The notes below the pieces were generated by a model that saw nothing but the letters and a program-made list of their open reading frames with translations, was not told the DNA's origin and did no database searches. Source: Synechococcus sp. (GTDB lineage Bacteria > Cyanobacteriota > Cyanobacteriia > Thermostichales > PCC-7336). From it: a stretch of DNA of 61,729 nt. The translations under genes and the position numbers were made by a program. The stretch is from contig JBFRWD010000172.1 of NCBI GenBank assembly GCA_051439425.1, forward strand, positions 1 to 61,729, read 5' to 3'. Numbering within the stretch: position 1 is the first letter of the stretch; each line of letters opens with the position of its first letter. This document shows, piece after piece, positions 9,273 through 18,939 of the stretch.

Positions 9273-9839
9273 TTATTCAACTATTTCTTCGTCTGTATTA
9301 TCAACTATTTCTTCATCTAAATTCCAAGATTTTATTAATGAATCACGAAGGGCATGAGAAAGTTTATAAGCTGCCTGTCGCTCTGGGTTCAATGGCTCAA
9401 GTTCTGGATCGACCAGTCTAGCTAATTCGACCATGCTTGACTCAACACCTCGTGCCTCTACTAAACTTAATTCTGCAACATAGAGTTGGCGAAATCTTTT
9501 GCGGGCAATTGTGATTTCTTCAGATGTATGCACTTCGGTATTTGATAATACTGCCGCAGCTTGAACAGCTTCCAGGTATAGCTTTTGTCGGAGGTCTAAG
9601 AAGGGTTTTGCCGCCTCTGCTCTTCTCGATTTTGCATCTTTTAATTGAGCATTAGTAAAGCTTAAAACACTAATTACTACGCCAACAGCAACACTAACCA
9701 CTTGAATCGTTTGGGCTACTTTATCAACTATGGTTACAGATTTGTTGGCATTAGCTTGAGTTTGAGAAGATTCTGCACGAGCTTGCGCTGGGAAAAGCAG
9801 ATTCAAAGAGATGAACAAGCTCCACAAAAAAAGTTTCAT
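9273..9839 (-). CDS. Cassette 2: hypothetical protein with signal peptide, one TM and a helical domain
   Basis: MKLFLWSLFISLNLLFPAQARA signal; VVSVAVGVVISVLSF TM. Confidence 0.65.
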   Translation of the reverse strand: MKLFLWSLFISLNLLFPAQARAESSQTQANANKSVTIVDKVAQTIQVVSVAVGVVISVLSFTNAQLKDAKSRRAEAAKPFLDLRQKLYLEAVQAAAVLSNTEVHTSEEITIARKRFRQLYVAELSLVEARGVESSMVELARLVDPELEPLNPERQAAYKLSHALRDSLIKSWNLDEEIVDNTDEEIVE

Positions 9840-9894
9840 TTTCTCTCTTTCTCAACTTAGTTTTCCAAATGATAATTACACCAATATCCATGCT

Positions 9895-9980
9895 GCATAA
9901 CGTTAAAACGCAGCGGCAAAAGATAACTTTTCAAGCACTACTAGTAATTTTGCCCTGTCCGCTGCCGTGATATGCTAGGT
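9895..9980 (-). repeat. attC site of cassette 1 with variant R'' box
   Basis: GCATAAC gttaaaACGCAGCGG ... CCGCTG-C-CGTgatat GCTAGGT; 86 bp. Confidence 0.75.
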
Positions 9981-9998
9981 GGCTTTCACATACAGTAT

Positions 9999-10886
9999 TC
10001 AATCTTTTGGCCAATACTCAACTTCGTAATACCAGACTGAGTGAAATACTCTTTCATTTTTTCCTCCAAAGGTAAGCCCTTGGCTAGCAATCTTCGCAGC
10101 AATTTCACCGCCAATCCCAATTCTCTCGCTAAACTCTAGCGTAACTCGGTCATACTCAAGATTGGCTTCAATTCGTCCACGTACCATAGTTTTTAAATCT
10201 GGATCTGACTCCACCCATTGCTGCAAGTCTGGAGGTACTTTTGGCAAAAAATCAGGTTTTCCAAATCGAGAATAGACACTTTTAATTAAACTTCCAGATT
10301 GGTCCAAATCTGCATGTATTCCAACTTGAGTTGCAGCTTCCTTGAGAGACAGAGAACCACCCCAAAAAAAACGTTTCTCCTTGATCTCAGCACTAACTAA
10401 ACGCAGTTCCTTCGCTCCTAGTGCAGCAGCAATTTGCCTAAATGCCGCTTCTTTTTCACGGGAAACACGACGTGAGTAATGAGCAGGGCTGATGTAAAGA
10501 TCTCGATCAATTGGATGCTGAACAAGGATGTCACCATCTTTAGGTGTGTAACCAACGTCAAATTTAAATTGTCTCTTAGCTTTAGAAGGCTCGTACCAAT
10601 AAATTCTATGCTTAAGATCAAGCAATTTCTCTAATACGACTAAAAATCGTTCTTCAGGTGTGGCATTGACTGCACCCACCAATGCTTGAGAGATATTAAA
10701 TATACCATTGTAATAACCATAAAACTGATTCCCAACTAGACGTAATGCAAGTTGATTTATTTCGGAAGGTTCAGCAACAATAATAACAGGGCGATCCTTA
10801 GGGTCAACAGTACTAGTTCCTATTGGCATAGTAGATATCTTTTTACTAAAGAAACTTGCCTCAAGAATAACTTGTGCGTCAAGCAT
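9999..10886 (-). CDS. Cassette 1: hypothetical protein (alternative start ATG 10829)
   Basis: 295-aa AT-rich ORF between the candidate attI and the first attC. Confidence 0.7.
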   Translation of the reverse strand: MLDAQVILEASFFSKKISTMPIGTSTVDPKDRPVIIVAEPSEINQLALRLVGNQFYGYYNGIFNISQALVGAVNATPEERFLVVLEKLLDLKHRIYWYEPSKAKRQFKFDVGYTPKDGDILVQHPIDRDLYISPAHYSRRVSREKEAAFRQIAAALGAKELRLVSAEIKEKRFFWGGSLSLKEAATQVGIHADLDQSGSLIKSVYSRFGKPDFLPKVPPDLQQWVESDPDLKTMVRGRIEANLEYDRVTLEFSERIGIGGEIAAKIASQGLTFGGKNERVFHSVWYYEVEYWPKD

Positions 10887-10989
10887 CTGAATATTAGCTT
10901 CCTTAAGTACCTGAACATTAGCTAGCTATCTCGACGCATTACCTCAAGAAAAAACTAAGCGAACCTATCTATTAAGTAGAGAGGATGTT

Positions 10990-11014
10990 TCTACCTAACT
11001 ATTGATTAGTAGGA
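10990..11014 (-). other. Candidate attI core site
   Basis: ACCTAAC (10993-10999; GTTAGGT on minus) matches the R'' of attC1; inverted box TTAGTAGGA nearby; no attC hairpin; adjacent to the intI start. Confidence 0.6.
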
Positions 11015-11210
11015 AGTTTTCCGCCTAACCTCCTCATTTGGGTGAATAAGAGGAACTCATCCGCCTAATCACCCATAAACGGTGTTTAGTAGGACGGATA
11101 ATCCGCATAATACCCCTTACGACTGAAAATAGGCGGAAATCTTCCGTGTATTCTCGCTCTGCTTGTATGGTTTTATCTGCCTAAGATCCCGAAACTGGTG
11201 ATTAGTCGGA
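11006..11210. repeat. Periodic palindrome array between attI and intI
   Basis: TTAGnnGGA-N5-7-TCCGCCTAA-like units at 11006, 11046, 11086 and 11129; extra half-sites at 11176 and 11202. Confidence 0.75.
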
Positions 11211-11229
11211 ATGGACCTACGCAAAAACC

Positions 11230-11523
11230 ATGCAAAAACGCCCGAAGAAGCTTTTGGATTGAGTCAGAGATTCGCTCCGTGTAAAGCACTACTCGTATCG
11301 CGCCGAACAAACATACGTCCATTGGATACGACGCTTCATCTTGTTTCACAACAAACACCACCCACAAGAAATAGGCACTTCAGATATCGAAGCCTTTCTG
11401 AGTCATCTTGCAGTATCCGCGAAGGTAGCCGCCTCAACTCAAAACTAGACTCTCGGTATATTTCTGTGCTTGTACAGTTATTTGCTTCAAATTTAGATGG
11501 AAGGATATTCAGAACTTTGCTGA
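11230..11523 (+). pseudogene. intI: Integron integrase N-terminal remnant
   Basis: From ATG 11230: MQKRPKKLLD*VRDSLRVKHYSYRAEQTYVHWIRRFILFHNKHHPQEIGTSDIEAFLSHLAVSAKVAASTQN*TLGIFLCLY; stops at 11260, 11446 and 11494; catalytic domain absent. Confidence 0.9.
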
Positions 11524-11528
11524 ACCAA

Positions 11529-11556
11529 ACCAATGACCAATGACCAATAACCAATG
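11529..11556. repeat. Heptamer tandem repeat (STRR-like)
   Basis: ACCAATG ACCAATG ACCAATA ACCAATG. Confidence 0.7.
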
Positions 11557-11572
11557 ACGTTTATCCAGCCCC

Positions 11573-13387
11573 CTACTTCGAATCTCCCAACGACAAAATC
11601 GCCATAAACGCCGACTGAGGCACATCCACCGTCCCCACCGACTTCATCCGCTTCTTACCCGCCTTCTGCTTCTCCAGCAACTTACGCTTCCGCGACACAT
11701 CACCGCCATAACACTTCGCCAACACATTCTTCCGCAACGCCGGAATCGTCTCGCGAGCAATAATCTTCGACCCAATCGCCGCCTGAATCGGCACCACAAA
11801 CTGATGGCGAGGAATCAACTCCCGCAACTTACTCACCAACTGCTTGCCCACAAAATAAGCCTTGTCCACATGCACGATGCCCGACAACGCATCCACCACA
11901 TCGCCATTAATCAACACGTCTAAGCGAGCCAGCTTGTCTTCTTGATACCCCTTCAACGAGTAATCCATGCTGGCATACCCGCGAGAGCGCGACTTCAACT
12001 GATCGAAGAAATCCGTCACCACCTCCGCCAGCGGCAAATCGTAAATTAGCGTGGTGCGCCCCTGAGCCAAATAACGCATGTCCTTAAAATTGCCGCGCCG
12101 CGTCTCGCACAGCTCCATCATCGCCCCCACAAATTCCTCGGGGATGATGATCTCGACTTTGACAATCGGCTCTTCAATCTTCAGCCGCTCGTTCGGAGGG
12201 GGCAGAAGCGTTGGATTGTCGATTTCAATCACCGACTCATCATTTAGCGTCACTTTATAAATTACCGACGGAGCCGTCACAATCAAGTCCAGATCGTACT
12301 CCCGCTCCAACCGCTCCTGCACGATCTCCATGTGCAGCAACCCCAAAAATCCGCAGCGGAACCCAAAGCCCATCGCCCCCGACGTCTCCGGCTCGTACTG
12401 CAGTGCTGCATCATTCAGCTTCAACTTATCCAGCGCATCCCGCAATTCCGGAAACTGGTCTGTGGCCGTCGGGAACAACCCGCAGAACACCATCGGCTTC
12501 GCTTCCACATAACCGGGCAGCGGCTCCGGAGCTTTCGCACTCGCCAGCGTAATCGTGTCCCCCACACGGGCATCTTCCACCGACTTAATCGCCGCACTGA
12601 TATATCCCACTTCTCCAGCGTGCAGGCTTTCCACATTCTTCTGGGCCGGAGTCAGCACACCCAACTCATCCAGCTCGAAAGAGCGATCTGAGGCCATGAA
12701 ATGCACTTTCTCTTTGGCATTCAACGTGCCAGCCATCACCCGGAAATAGGCGATCGCCCCCCGATAGGGGTCGTAATAACTATCAAAAATCAGCGCCTGT
12801 AACGGCTCGTCCACCGTGTCTTGGGGCGGCGGAATCCGGTGGACGATCGCCTCTAAAATCTCCTCAATCCCAATCCCTTCTTTGGCCGAGGCATAAATCG
12901 CATCGGTACAGTCCAACCCCACAATCTCTTCAATTTCGCCAATTACGCGATCGGGGTCGGCACCGGGCAAGTCAATCTTGTTGAGTACCGGAATAATCTC
13001 CAGGTCGTTCTCAATCGCCAAATACACGTTAGCCAGCGTCTGAGCCTCTACCCCTTGAGACGCATCCACCACCAGCAGAGCCCCTTCGCATGCCGCCAGC
13101 GATCGCGACACCTCGTAGGTGAAGTCAACGTGACCGGGGGTGTCAATCAAATTCAGGACGTACTCTTCGCCATCCTTCGCTTTGTAGTTCAGCCGCGCCG
13201 CCTGCAGCTTAATCGTAATTCCCCGCTCCCGCTCGATATCCATCGTGTCCAGGAACTGTGCCTTCATCTCCCGCTCGGAAATTGCCCCTGTAGTCAGCAG
13301 CAAGCGATCGGCCAGCGTCGACTTGCCGTGGTCAATGTGAGCAATGATCGAGAAATTTCGAATGCGAGAGACAGGAACGTCGGTCAT
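11573..13387 (-). CDS. lepA: Elongation factor 4 (LepA)
   Basis: [49 protein letters not shown]. Confidence 0.98.
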   Translation of the reverse strand: MTDVPVSRIRNFSIIAHIDHGKSTLADRLLLTTGAISEREMKAQFLDTMDIERERGITIKLQAARLNYKAKDGEEYVLNLIDTPGHVDFTYEVSRSLAACEGALLVVDASQGVEAQTLANVYLAIENDLEIIPVLNKIDLPGADPDRVIGEIEEIVGLDCTDAIYASAKEGIGIEEILEAIVHRIPPPQDTVDEPLQALIFDSYYDPYRGAIAYFRVMAGTLNAKEKVHFMASDRSFELDELGVLTPAQKNVESLHAGEVGYISAAIKSVEDARVGDTITLASAKAPEPLPGYVEAKPMVFCGLFPTATDQFPELRDALDKLKLNDAALQYEPETSGAMGFGFRCGFLGLLHMEIVQERLEREYDLDLIVTAPSVIYKVTLNDESVIEIDNPTLLPPPNERLKIEEPIVKVEIIIPEEFVGAMMELCETRRGNFKDMRYLAQGRTTLIYDLPLAEVVTDFFDQLKSRSRGYASMDYSLKGYQEDKLARLDVLINGDVVDALSGIVHVDKAYFVGKQLVSKLRELIPRHQFVVPIQAAIGSKIIARETIPALRKNVLAKCYGGDVSRKRKLLEKQKAGKKRMKSVGTVDVPQSAFMAILSLGDSK

Positions 13388-13599
13388 GGAATTACCGCGT
13401 AAAGTTCGTCAAAGGTTCTTCACAATCCTAACGCTTTAGTCGAAACCTACAGAAGGGCAGGTGGTGAATCGATCGCCCAACAGCGCTAGAACTGCCCTCA
13501 TCATTCCCAGCGGCAATTGTCTGCAGTCTTCCTGCTGTGGCTCGCCAGCTTGCCTGTTCGAGAGGTCAAGCGCGGCGATCGCCCAACCTCAGCTTGTAA

Positions 13600-13971
13600 T
13601 TACTCTTCACCGAGATTGAGAATCTGCTGTTGCACCTGTTGTCGGTTGTCGGCATACGACTCCAGCCGTTCTTGAGCGGGATCGTAAAACTCACTGCAAG
13701 AACGAACCTCACCCAGTCGCTCAATCGCCACTCCCCACATGGCATCCGCCCGCCGCCATTGTGTTAGCGCGTCGGATGACTCCGATGCTGTAGGTGCTTG
13801 CCGCCCCAAAAACACGGCTTCTTGTGCAAAGGTGAGCGCTTCTTGATAGCTGGCATCGCCACAGGGATCGGGGTTTAACAGCAGCAGTACTACCCCCGTA
13901 GCCGCCCCCGCCACCAAACCAATTCCCATCGGAAGAATGTTGTCGTAAAGCAAGGTTTCAAAAAGAATCAA
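13600..13971 (-). CDS. Hypothetical single-TM helical protein
   Basis: TM GIGLVAGAATGVVLLLL followed by an amphipathic helical region; start uncertain. Confidence 0.55.
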   Translation of the reverse strand: MILFETLLYDNILPMGIGLVAGAATGVVLLLLNPDPCGDASYQEALTFAQEAVFLGRQAPTASESSDALTQWRRADAMWGVAIERLGEVRSCSEFYDPAQERLESYADNRQQVQQQILNLGEE

Positions 13972-14120
13972 TCGGGACTTTTTTTAGAGCCCTCAGTCAG
14001 AACCTGTCCTTAATTAAGGCCATAAAGGCTCTATCTGAGTGCTTACAGGCAATTATGCAATTGCTTTTAGGCTACAGCAGAGCGTAAAACCGCAGATTGG
14101 AGCAGCCTGAGGATTGCAGG

Positions 14121-15404
14121 CTAGTTGGCGATCGCCTCGCATCCCATAAATGGCTGCAACACGTCAGGCACCGTAACGCTGCCATCTGGCTGCTGGTAAT
14201 TTTCTAGGATGGCCGCCATGGCACGCCCGATTGCCAATCCCGAGCCATTCAGAGTATGCAAATATTGCGTTCCCTTCTTACCGGTTTCTTTAAAGCGAAT
14301 ACTGGCCCGACGCGCTTGGAAATCCCAACAGTTGGAGCAACTGGAAATTTCGCGGTAGGTGTTCTGAGAGGGCAGCCACACTTCTAAGTCGTAGCACCGG
14401 CTAGCGGAGAATCCCAAATCACCAGTGCACAACTCGATGACGCGGTAGGGCAATTTCAATTGCTGCAGAATATCCTCAGCATCCGCCACTAGCTTTTGGT
14501 GTTCCTCTTCGGAGGTTTCGGGATGAACGATTTTGACCATCTCCACCTTGTTGAACTGGTGCAGGCGAATCAGTCCTTTGACATCGCGGCCGTAGCTCCC
14601 CGCCTCCCGTCGGAAGCAGGGGGTAAACGCCGTCATATGCAGTGGCAGTTGGTCGCTAGAGAGAATCTCATCCCGATACAAGTTCGTGAGGGGGACTTCG
14701 GAGGTGGGAATCAACCACAGGTCGTCGTCCTGACACTTAAAGCTATCGTCGGCAAATTTTGGCAGTTGACCGGTGCCCTGCAGGGTGGAGCTATTCACCA
14801 GCAGCGGTGGCATCACTTCGGTGTAACCAGCCTTGATGTGGCGATCGAGCATGAAGTTGACTAATGCTCGCTCCAGCGCTGCCCCTTTTCCCTTCAGGGC
14901 AATAAATCGGCTCTGGGCAATTTTGACAGCACGGGGAATATCCAGCAGACCTAACTGTTCGGCCACATCGTCGTGGGCCATGACTTCGTGTTGGGGCTTG
15001 TACTCGTCTCCCCACACCCGCTGTTCAACATTGTCATCTTCGCTGGCCCCCACCGGAACCACTGCTTGTGCGGGGTTAGGCACCGTTAATAGGAGGGCTT
15101 CTAGTTTGCTCTGCAGTTCCTTCTCTCGGCCTTCAATCTCGGAAATCTGACCTTTTAAGTCCGTCCCTTTCTGTCGTAACGCTGCAACTTCTTCTCCCTT
15201 TGGGTCGGCCCCTCCCTTAATAGCAGCGCCCACCTGCTTGCCAATACTGTTGCTTTCTGTCTGCAATTCCGTACGATTTTTGGCCAATTCGCGACTGCTG
15301 GCATCCAAACTGAGGATTTCGTCCACGTCCACTTTGGCATTGCGGTTCGCCATCGCCTGGCGCACCTCATCCGGGCGATCGCGCAACAGTTTGATATCTA
15401 GCAC
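14121..15404 (-). CDS. serS: Seryl-tRNA synthetase
   Basis: MLDIK coiled-coil start, [28 protein letters not shown]. Confidence 0.98.
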   Translation of the reverse strand: MLDIKLLRDRPDEVRQAMANRNAKVDVDEILSLDASSRELAKNRTELQTESNSIGKQVGAAIKGGADPKGEEVAALRQKGTDLKGQISEIEGREKELQSKLEALLLTVPNPAQAVVPVGASEDDNVEQRVWGDEYKPQHEVMAHDDVAEQLGLLDIPRAVKIAQSRFIALKGKGAALERALVNFMLDRHIKAGYTEVMPPLLVNSSTLQGTGQLPKFADDSFKCQDDDLWLIPTSEVPLTNLYRDEILSSDQLPLHMTAFTPCFRREAGSYGRDVKGLIRLHQFNKVEMVKIVHPETSEEEHQKLVADAEDILQQLKLPYRVIELCTGDLGFSASRCYDLEVWLPSQNTYREISSCSNCWDFQARRASIRFKETGKKGTQYLHTLNGSGLAIGRAMAAILENYQQPDGSVTVPDVLQPFMGCEAIAN

Positions 15405-15659
15405 AGCATTCCTTCCAAAATCCCCGATCGAGTCTAGCGGTATAGGGGATTTCCGAGCAATCGGAGCATTGGATATTGACTGCCACCATTCGTGACTCGA
15501 TACTGCAATTCGGCCAAATCAAGGCCATTCTCAATCGACCATCCCAGAAAGCAGCAAAGCTCCCCCAATCTGGAGAAGCCTTTACTGAATGCAGCTCTGC
15601 GGGTAGCGAGCCAAGATTAATCGTGAAAGAGAAACTTCAAGAGGAGTGGCCGAGCGGAC

Positions 15660-15761
15660 TTAGAACGTGATGTCATCGTTCGAGTTGCCCCAGACGCCCC
15701 AGACAAAGGCAGCGGCAATCGCCACGTAGACCCACCAAGTCGGAGAAGCGTAAAGTTCCAT
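15660..15761 (-). CDS. 33-aa single-TM protein, weakly PetN-like
   Basis: MELYASPTWWVYVAIAAAFVWGVWGNSNDDITF; below the ORF-track cutoff; AT-rich upstream region. Confidence 0.5.
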   Translation of the reverse strand: MELYASPTWWVYVAIAAAFVWGVWGNSNDDITF

Positions 15762-16006
15762 TGAGTATCCAGGCAGTTGTTTAATGTATTCGTCAATTAT
15801 TGTAAAGAAACATTAGGGAGTCAAGAGTTAAATTGCTGTTGACTGCTGTAGTTTGCGATCGCTTGCAAAAGGCTCAAAGCCAGGTTTCAAGATGGACGTA
15901 GAGATTTTCCACGCCCAGGATGGGTGGAAAGTAATGCGATCGAATCCTTAAGATCGCGTTTTATTAAGGCGATTACTTTGGCTGTGACGTTTGTAGCCGA
16001 AGCAGA

Positions 16007-16450
16007 TTAGTTGAGGTGAGCAGAATGAGCTTCCTCATTCTCGGGAACGGGCCAGTCATCCCCCTGTCCTCCAATTACCATGCGTTCGATACCGACATAT
16101 TCCAGACTGAGACGGTTCATGGCGTTAATTAAGATATCCAGGGCCATGGCATCGGCAGTGCCCAGATCGAACCAGCAGCGCCCCCACTGCCCTTCGTATT
16201 CCGCATTTCCCATGTTGTGCATCAAGGACGGTAGCTGTTCGGCTTCGGAGTCGTACGTCATATAGCTGATATCCAAGCCCTCATCCTGAACGGACATAGA
16301 CGTCGCGTTGTAGCCCCCTAACATGCCAACGGTGTACCAAGAATCCAGCACCTGCTCGACATATTGTTTTTCCCCTTCCGAGGGAACGTTGGCGAACTCG
16401 ATCCAAATCCACAGATCCGACCAGTTACATTCACGAAATTCGACTTGCAT
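16007..16450 (-). CDS. Conserved cyanobacterial protein (DUF3531-like)
   Basis: MQVEFRE...LWIWIEF, MHNMG, WGRCWFDLGTAD. Confidence 0.8.
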   Translation of the reverse strand: MQVEFRECNWSDLWIWIEFANVPSEGEKQYVEQVLDSWYTVGMLGGYNATSMSVQDEGLDISYMTYDSEAEQLPSLMHNMGNAEYEGQWGRCWFDLGTADAMALDILINAMNRLSLEYVGIERMVIGGQGDDWPVPENEEAHSAHLN

Positions 16451-16582
16451 ATGACGTTGAGAGGCTCAGAGAAAAACAGGAGGCGAGATGAATTCAATTG
16501 CCAGGATGCAACAGCTAATGTCGCACATTTGTAGCAAGCGGACGTTGACCAAACCCATCCGAAAACACTGGTTCGGAAAACG

Positions 16583-18709
16583 CTAGGTATCCCCGGACAT
16601 TACCACAGCACCGAAGTCAGCTAAAAGCTGGGCATTGTGGCTGAGGACGGAGAGTAAGTTTAAGCGATTGGTGCGCACGGCAGCATCTTTATCCATGACC
16701 AGCACAGCTTCAAAGAAGTTCGTAACCGCTGGGGCTGCATCGAGTAATGAGGTGACCAACAAGCTGTAATCATTGGCTGCCAGCGCTGCCTGCCCCTGCG
16801 AATAGACCGTTTTGCTAGCGTCGAATAACACGCTCTCTTCCGCTTCTTTCAAAACAGCTGCGTCGATCGCCGCTGTTGGGTCCAGAATGTCTGCCGCCAG
16901 TTCTCCTTTCTCGGCCAAGCGCGCCGTGCGATTCACAGTTGGATAAATCTGAGCCAGCGTTCCATCCTGACGCAATGTCTGCAAGTACTCCGCCCGCTGG
17001 CGAGTACCGCGCAAATCTTTGAGGGCGCGGCGCAACATGTCGGGTTTATCTGCACCGACAACAGCATTCACTAGGTCGTAATCGATCTGGCAGTCTTCTT
17101 GCAACAGGGTTTGGATGCGCTGTCCGAAGAATTCCACTAGCGTATCCAGCGTTTCGGGAGCATCCGCCGCGTAGGTGTCTACCGCCCGCGTCAGCAATGC
17201 CAGCAGGTCGAGGGGAAGATTGGCTTGCCACACAATCGAGACAATGCTGTTAGCGGCACGGCGTAGGGCAAAGCGATCGGAAGAGCCACTGGGAATTTTG
17301 CCAATTTTGAATAAGCCAACCAGGCTATCGACCCGATCGCCAATGCCAACCACCTGACCGGTCGCAACTTCCGGTAAGCGATCGCCTGCTCCCAACGGCC
17401 AATAATGCTGTTCGATACCGTCGGCCACCGCCGCGGACTCACCGCCGCGCAGGGCGTAGTCACGGCCCATGACCCCCTGCATTTCGGGGAATTCATACAC
17501 CATTTGCGACATCAGATCGGCCTTGCACAAGCGGGCCGTCTTCACCACTTCAGCCGCATCTGTGGCGGAAAATCCCAGTTGCTCGGCAATCCAGCCACTA
17601 ACGGTTTCAATTCGTTCTACCTTGGCCAGCATCGACCCTAGCGATTGCTCGAAGGTGACTTGCTCTAACTTATCGACAAAGGCTTCCAGCGGTTGCTTGA
17701 GATCTTCTTTGTAAAAGAAGCGGCCATCTTCTAAACGCGCCCGAATCACGCGACCGTTACCAGTAGCGATCGCTTCGGACTGTGCCGGATCTCCATTCGA
17801 GATCGTAATAAAGTACGGAATCAGTTCTTCAGTTTTTCCGGAGGGATGCAGGGAGAAATAGCGCTGGTGTTCTACCATGACGCTTTCGATCACGGGTACC
17901 GGCAGTTCCAAGAATTCCTCTTCAAATTGACCCAATACCGCTGTGGGCCATTCCACTAAGTCAGTCACTTCTTCCAATAGGTCGGTGGGGATAGACGCTT
18001 CACCACCGGCTTTGGCTGCCGATTGTTTTACTTGCTCAAGAATGGAACTTTGGCGGGCAGCGCGATCGACTTGAACGAAGCCTTTCTCTAGTGCGGCAAC
18101 GTAGCGATCGGCGGCGGAAATTTCGATGGGCTCGGGATGCAGTACTCGGTGGCATTGGGACACACGACCGGCAGCGGTGTCTGCCACTTCAATCGGTAAA
18201 AGGCAATCTCCCCACAGGGCCACCAGCCAGCGTATTGGGCGAGGAAAGCGAAATTCACCATCTCCCCAACGCATGGCACGACCGGCATCCAGTTTGGTTA
18301 CCCAAGTGGGGGCAAGTTCCTGCAGGATCTCCGGAGTGGAACGACCGGCAATGTGCCTGGTGGCAAAGACAAACTCACCCTTCTTGCCCATTTCCCGTAA
18401 TTCGACCGTGTCCATGTCGATGCCTTGCTTGCGAGCAAACCCCAAGAGTGCCTGAGTGGGCTCCCCATCTTTATAGGCAATGCTGGCGGGGGGGCCTTTG
18501 ATTTCTTCGCTGCGGTCAGCTTGGTGATCGGGGAGCTCTGAGATTTCGACGGCCAAGCGTCTGGGGGTGCCGTAGACCTTAATTGCTCCACAGTCCAAAT
18601 TGGCTTCAGCCAAACTGGCTGGAATAGCGCGTTCCCATTGCGCGATCGCCGAGCGAACAAAACTTGCCGGGAGCTCTTCCGTCCCGACCTCAAACAAGAA
18701 CGAAACCAT
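16583..18709 (-). CDS. glyS: Glycyl-tRNA synthetase beta subunit
   Basis: FLFEVGTEELP, TPRRL, EFPEMQGVMG, SGSSDRFALRR. Confidence 0.97.
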   Translation of the reverse strand: MVSFLFEVGTEELPASFVRSAIAQWERAIPASLAEANLDCGAIKVYGTPRRLAVEISELPDHQADRSEEIKGPPASIAYKDGEPTQALLGFARKQGIDMDTVELREMGKKGEFVFATRHIAGRSTPEILQELAPTWVTKLDAGRAMRWGDGEFRFPRPIRWLVALWGDCLLPIEVADTAAGRVSQCHRVLHPEPIEISAADRYVAALEKGFVQVDRAARQSSILEQVKQSAAKAGGEASIPTDLLEEVTDLVEWPTAVLGQFEEEFLELPVPVIESVMVEHQRYFSLHPSGKTEELIPYFITISNGDPAQSEAIATGNGRVIRARLEDGRFFYKEDLKQPLEAFVDKLEQVTFEQSLGSMLAKVERIETVSGWIAEQLGFSATDAAEVVKTARLCKADLMSQMVYEFPEMQGVMGRDYALRGGESAAVADGIEQHYWPLGAGDRLPEVATGQVVGIGDRVDSLVGLFKIGKIPSGSSDRFALRRAANSIVSIVWQANLPLDLLALLTRAVDTYAADAPETLDTLVEFFGQRIQTLLQEDCQIDYDLVNAVVGADKPDMLRRALKDLRGTRQRAEYLQTLRQDGTLAQIYPTVNRTARLAEKGELAADILDPTAAIDAAVLKEAEESVLFDASKTVYSQGQAALAANDYSLLVTSLLDAAPAVTNFFEAVLVMDKDAAVRTNRLNLLSVLSHNAQLLADFGAVVMSGDT

Positions 18710-18939
18710 AGACGCGATCGCCTCGAGGGGCTAGTGGGCTAAAAACTGCCTACCTAGTCTATCAGCCGATTTGAACGGGATTAGTCGATGGCGATCGCTT
18801 CTTTCATGGAGTCCAGATTGGTAACAATTTCACCTGTTAGGTCAATCTGTCTAAGGGGAGAAACAGTCATCAGTGCGGCAATCTAGAAAGCAAATATCAC
18901 ATCACAATAGACACAACCCCGTCCTGCAGACTCGTCGCA

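Larger units (their letters stand above)
4479..11530 (-). mobile_element. Chromosomal integron: intI pseudogene, candidate attI and an array of 8 attC-bounded cassettes
   Basis: Eight TAAC...GTTA/GCTA imperfect palindromes alternating with single ORFs; matching R boxes at the two ends of several cassettes; divergent IntI N-terminal remnant. Confidence 0.88.

Noticed and set aside
11006..11210. Possible CRISPR mini-array
   Set aside because: Units are degenerate ~23-bp palindromes with only ~17-18-bp gaps, no cas genes are nearby, and the position fits an attI region.
11211..11543. 110-aa ORF-track protein MDLRKNHAK...
   Set aside because: Wrong frame; the IntI-like sequence is in the frame starting at ATG 11230 and is broken by stops.
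15640..15670. tRNA-like 5' segment GAGGAGTGGCCGAGCGG near serS
   Set aside because: No anticodon arm, T arm or acceptor-stem partner follows; it abuts the small ORF's stop codon.
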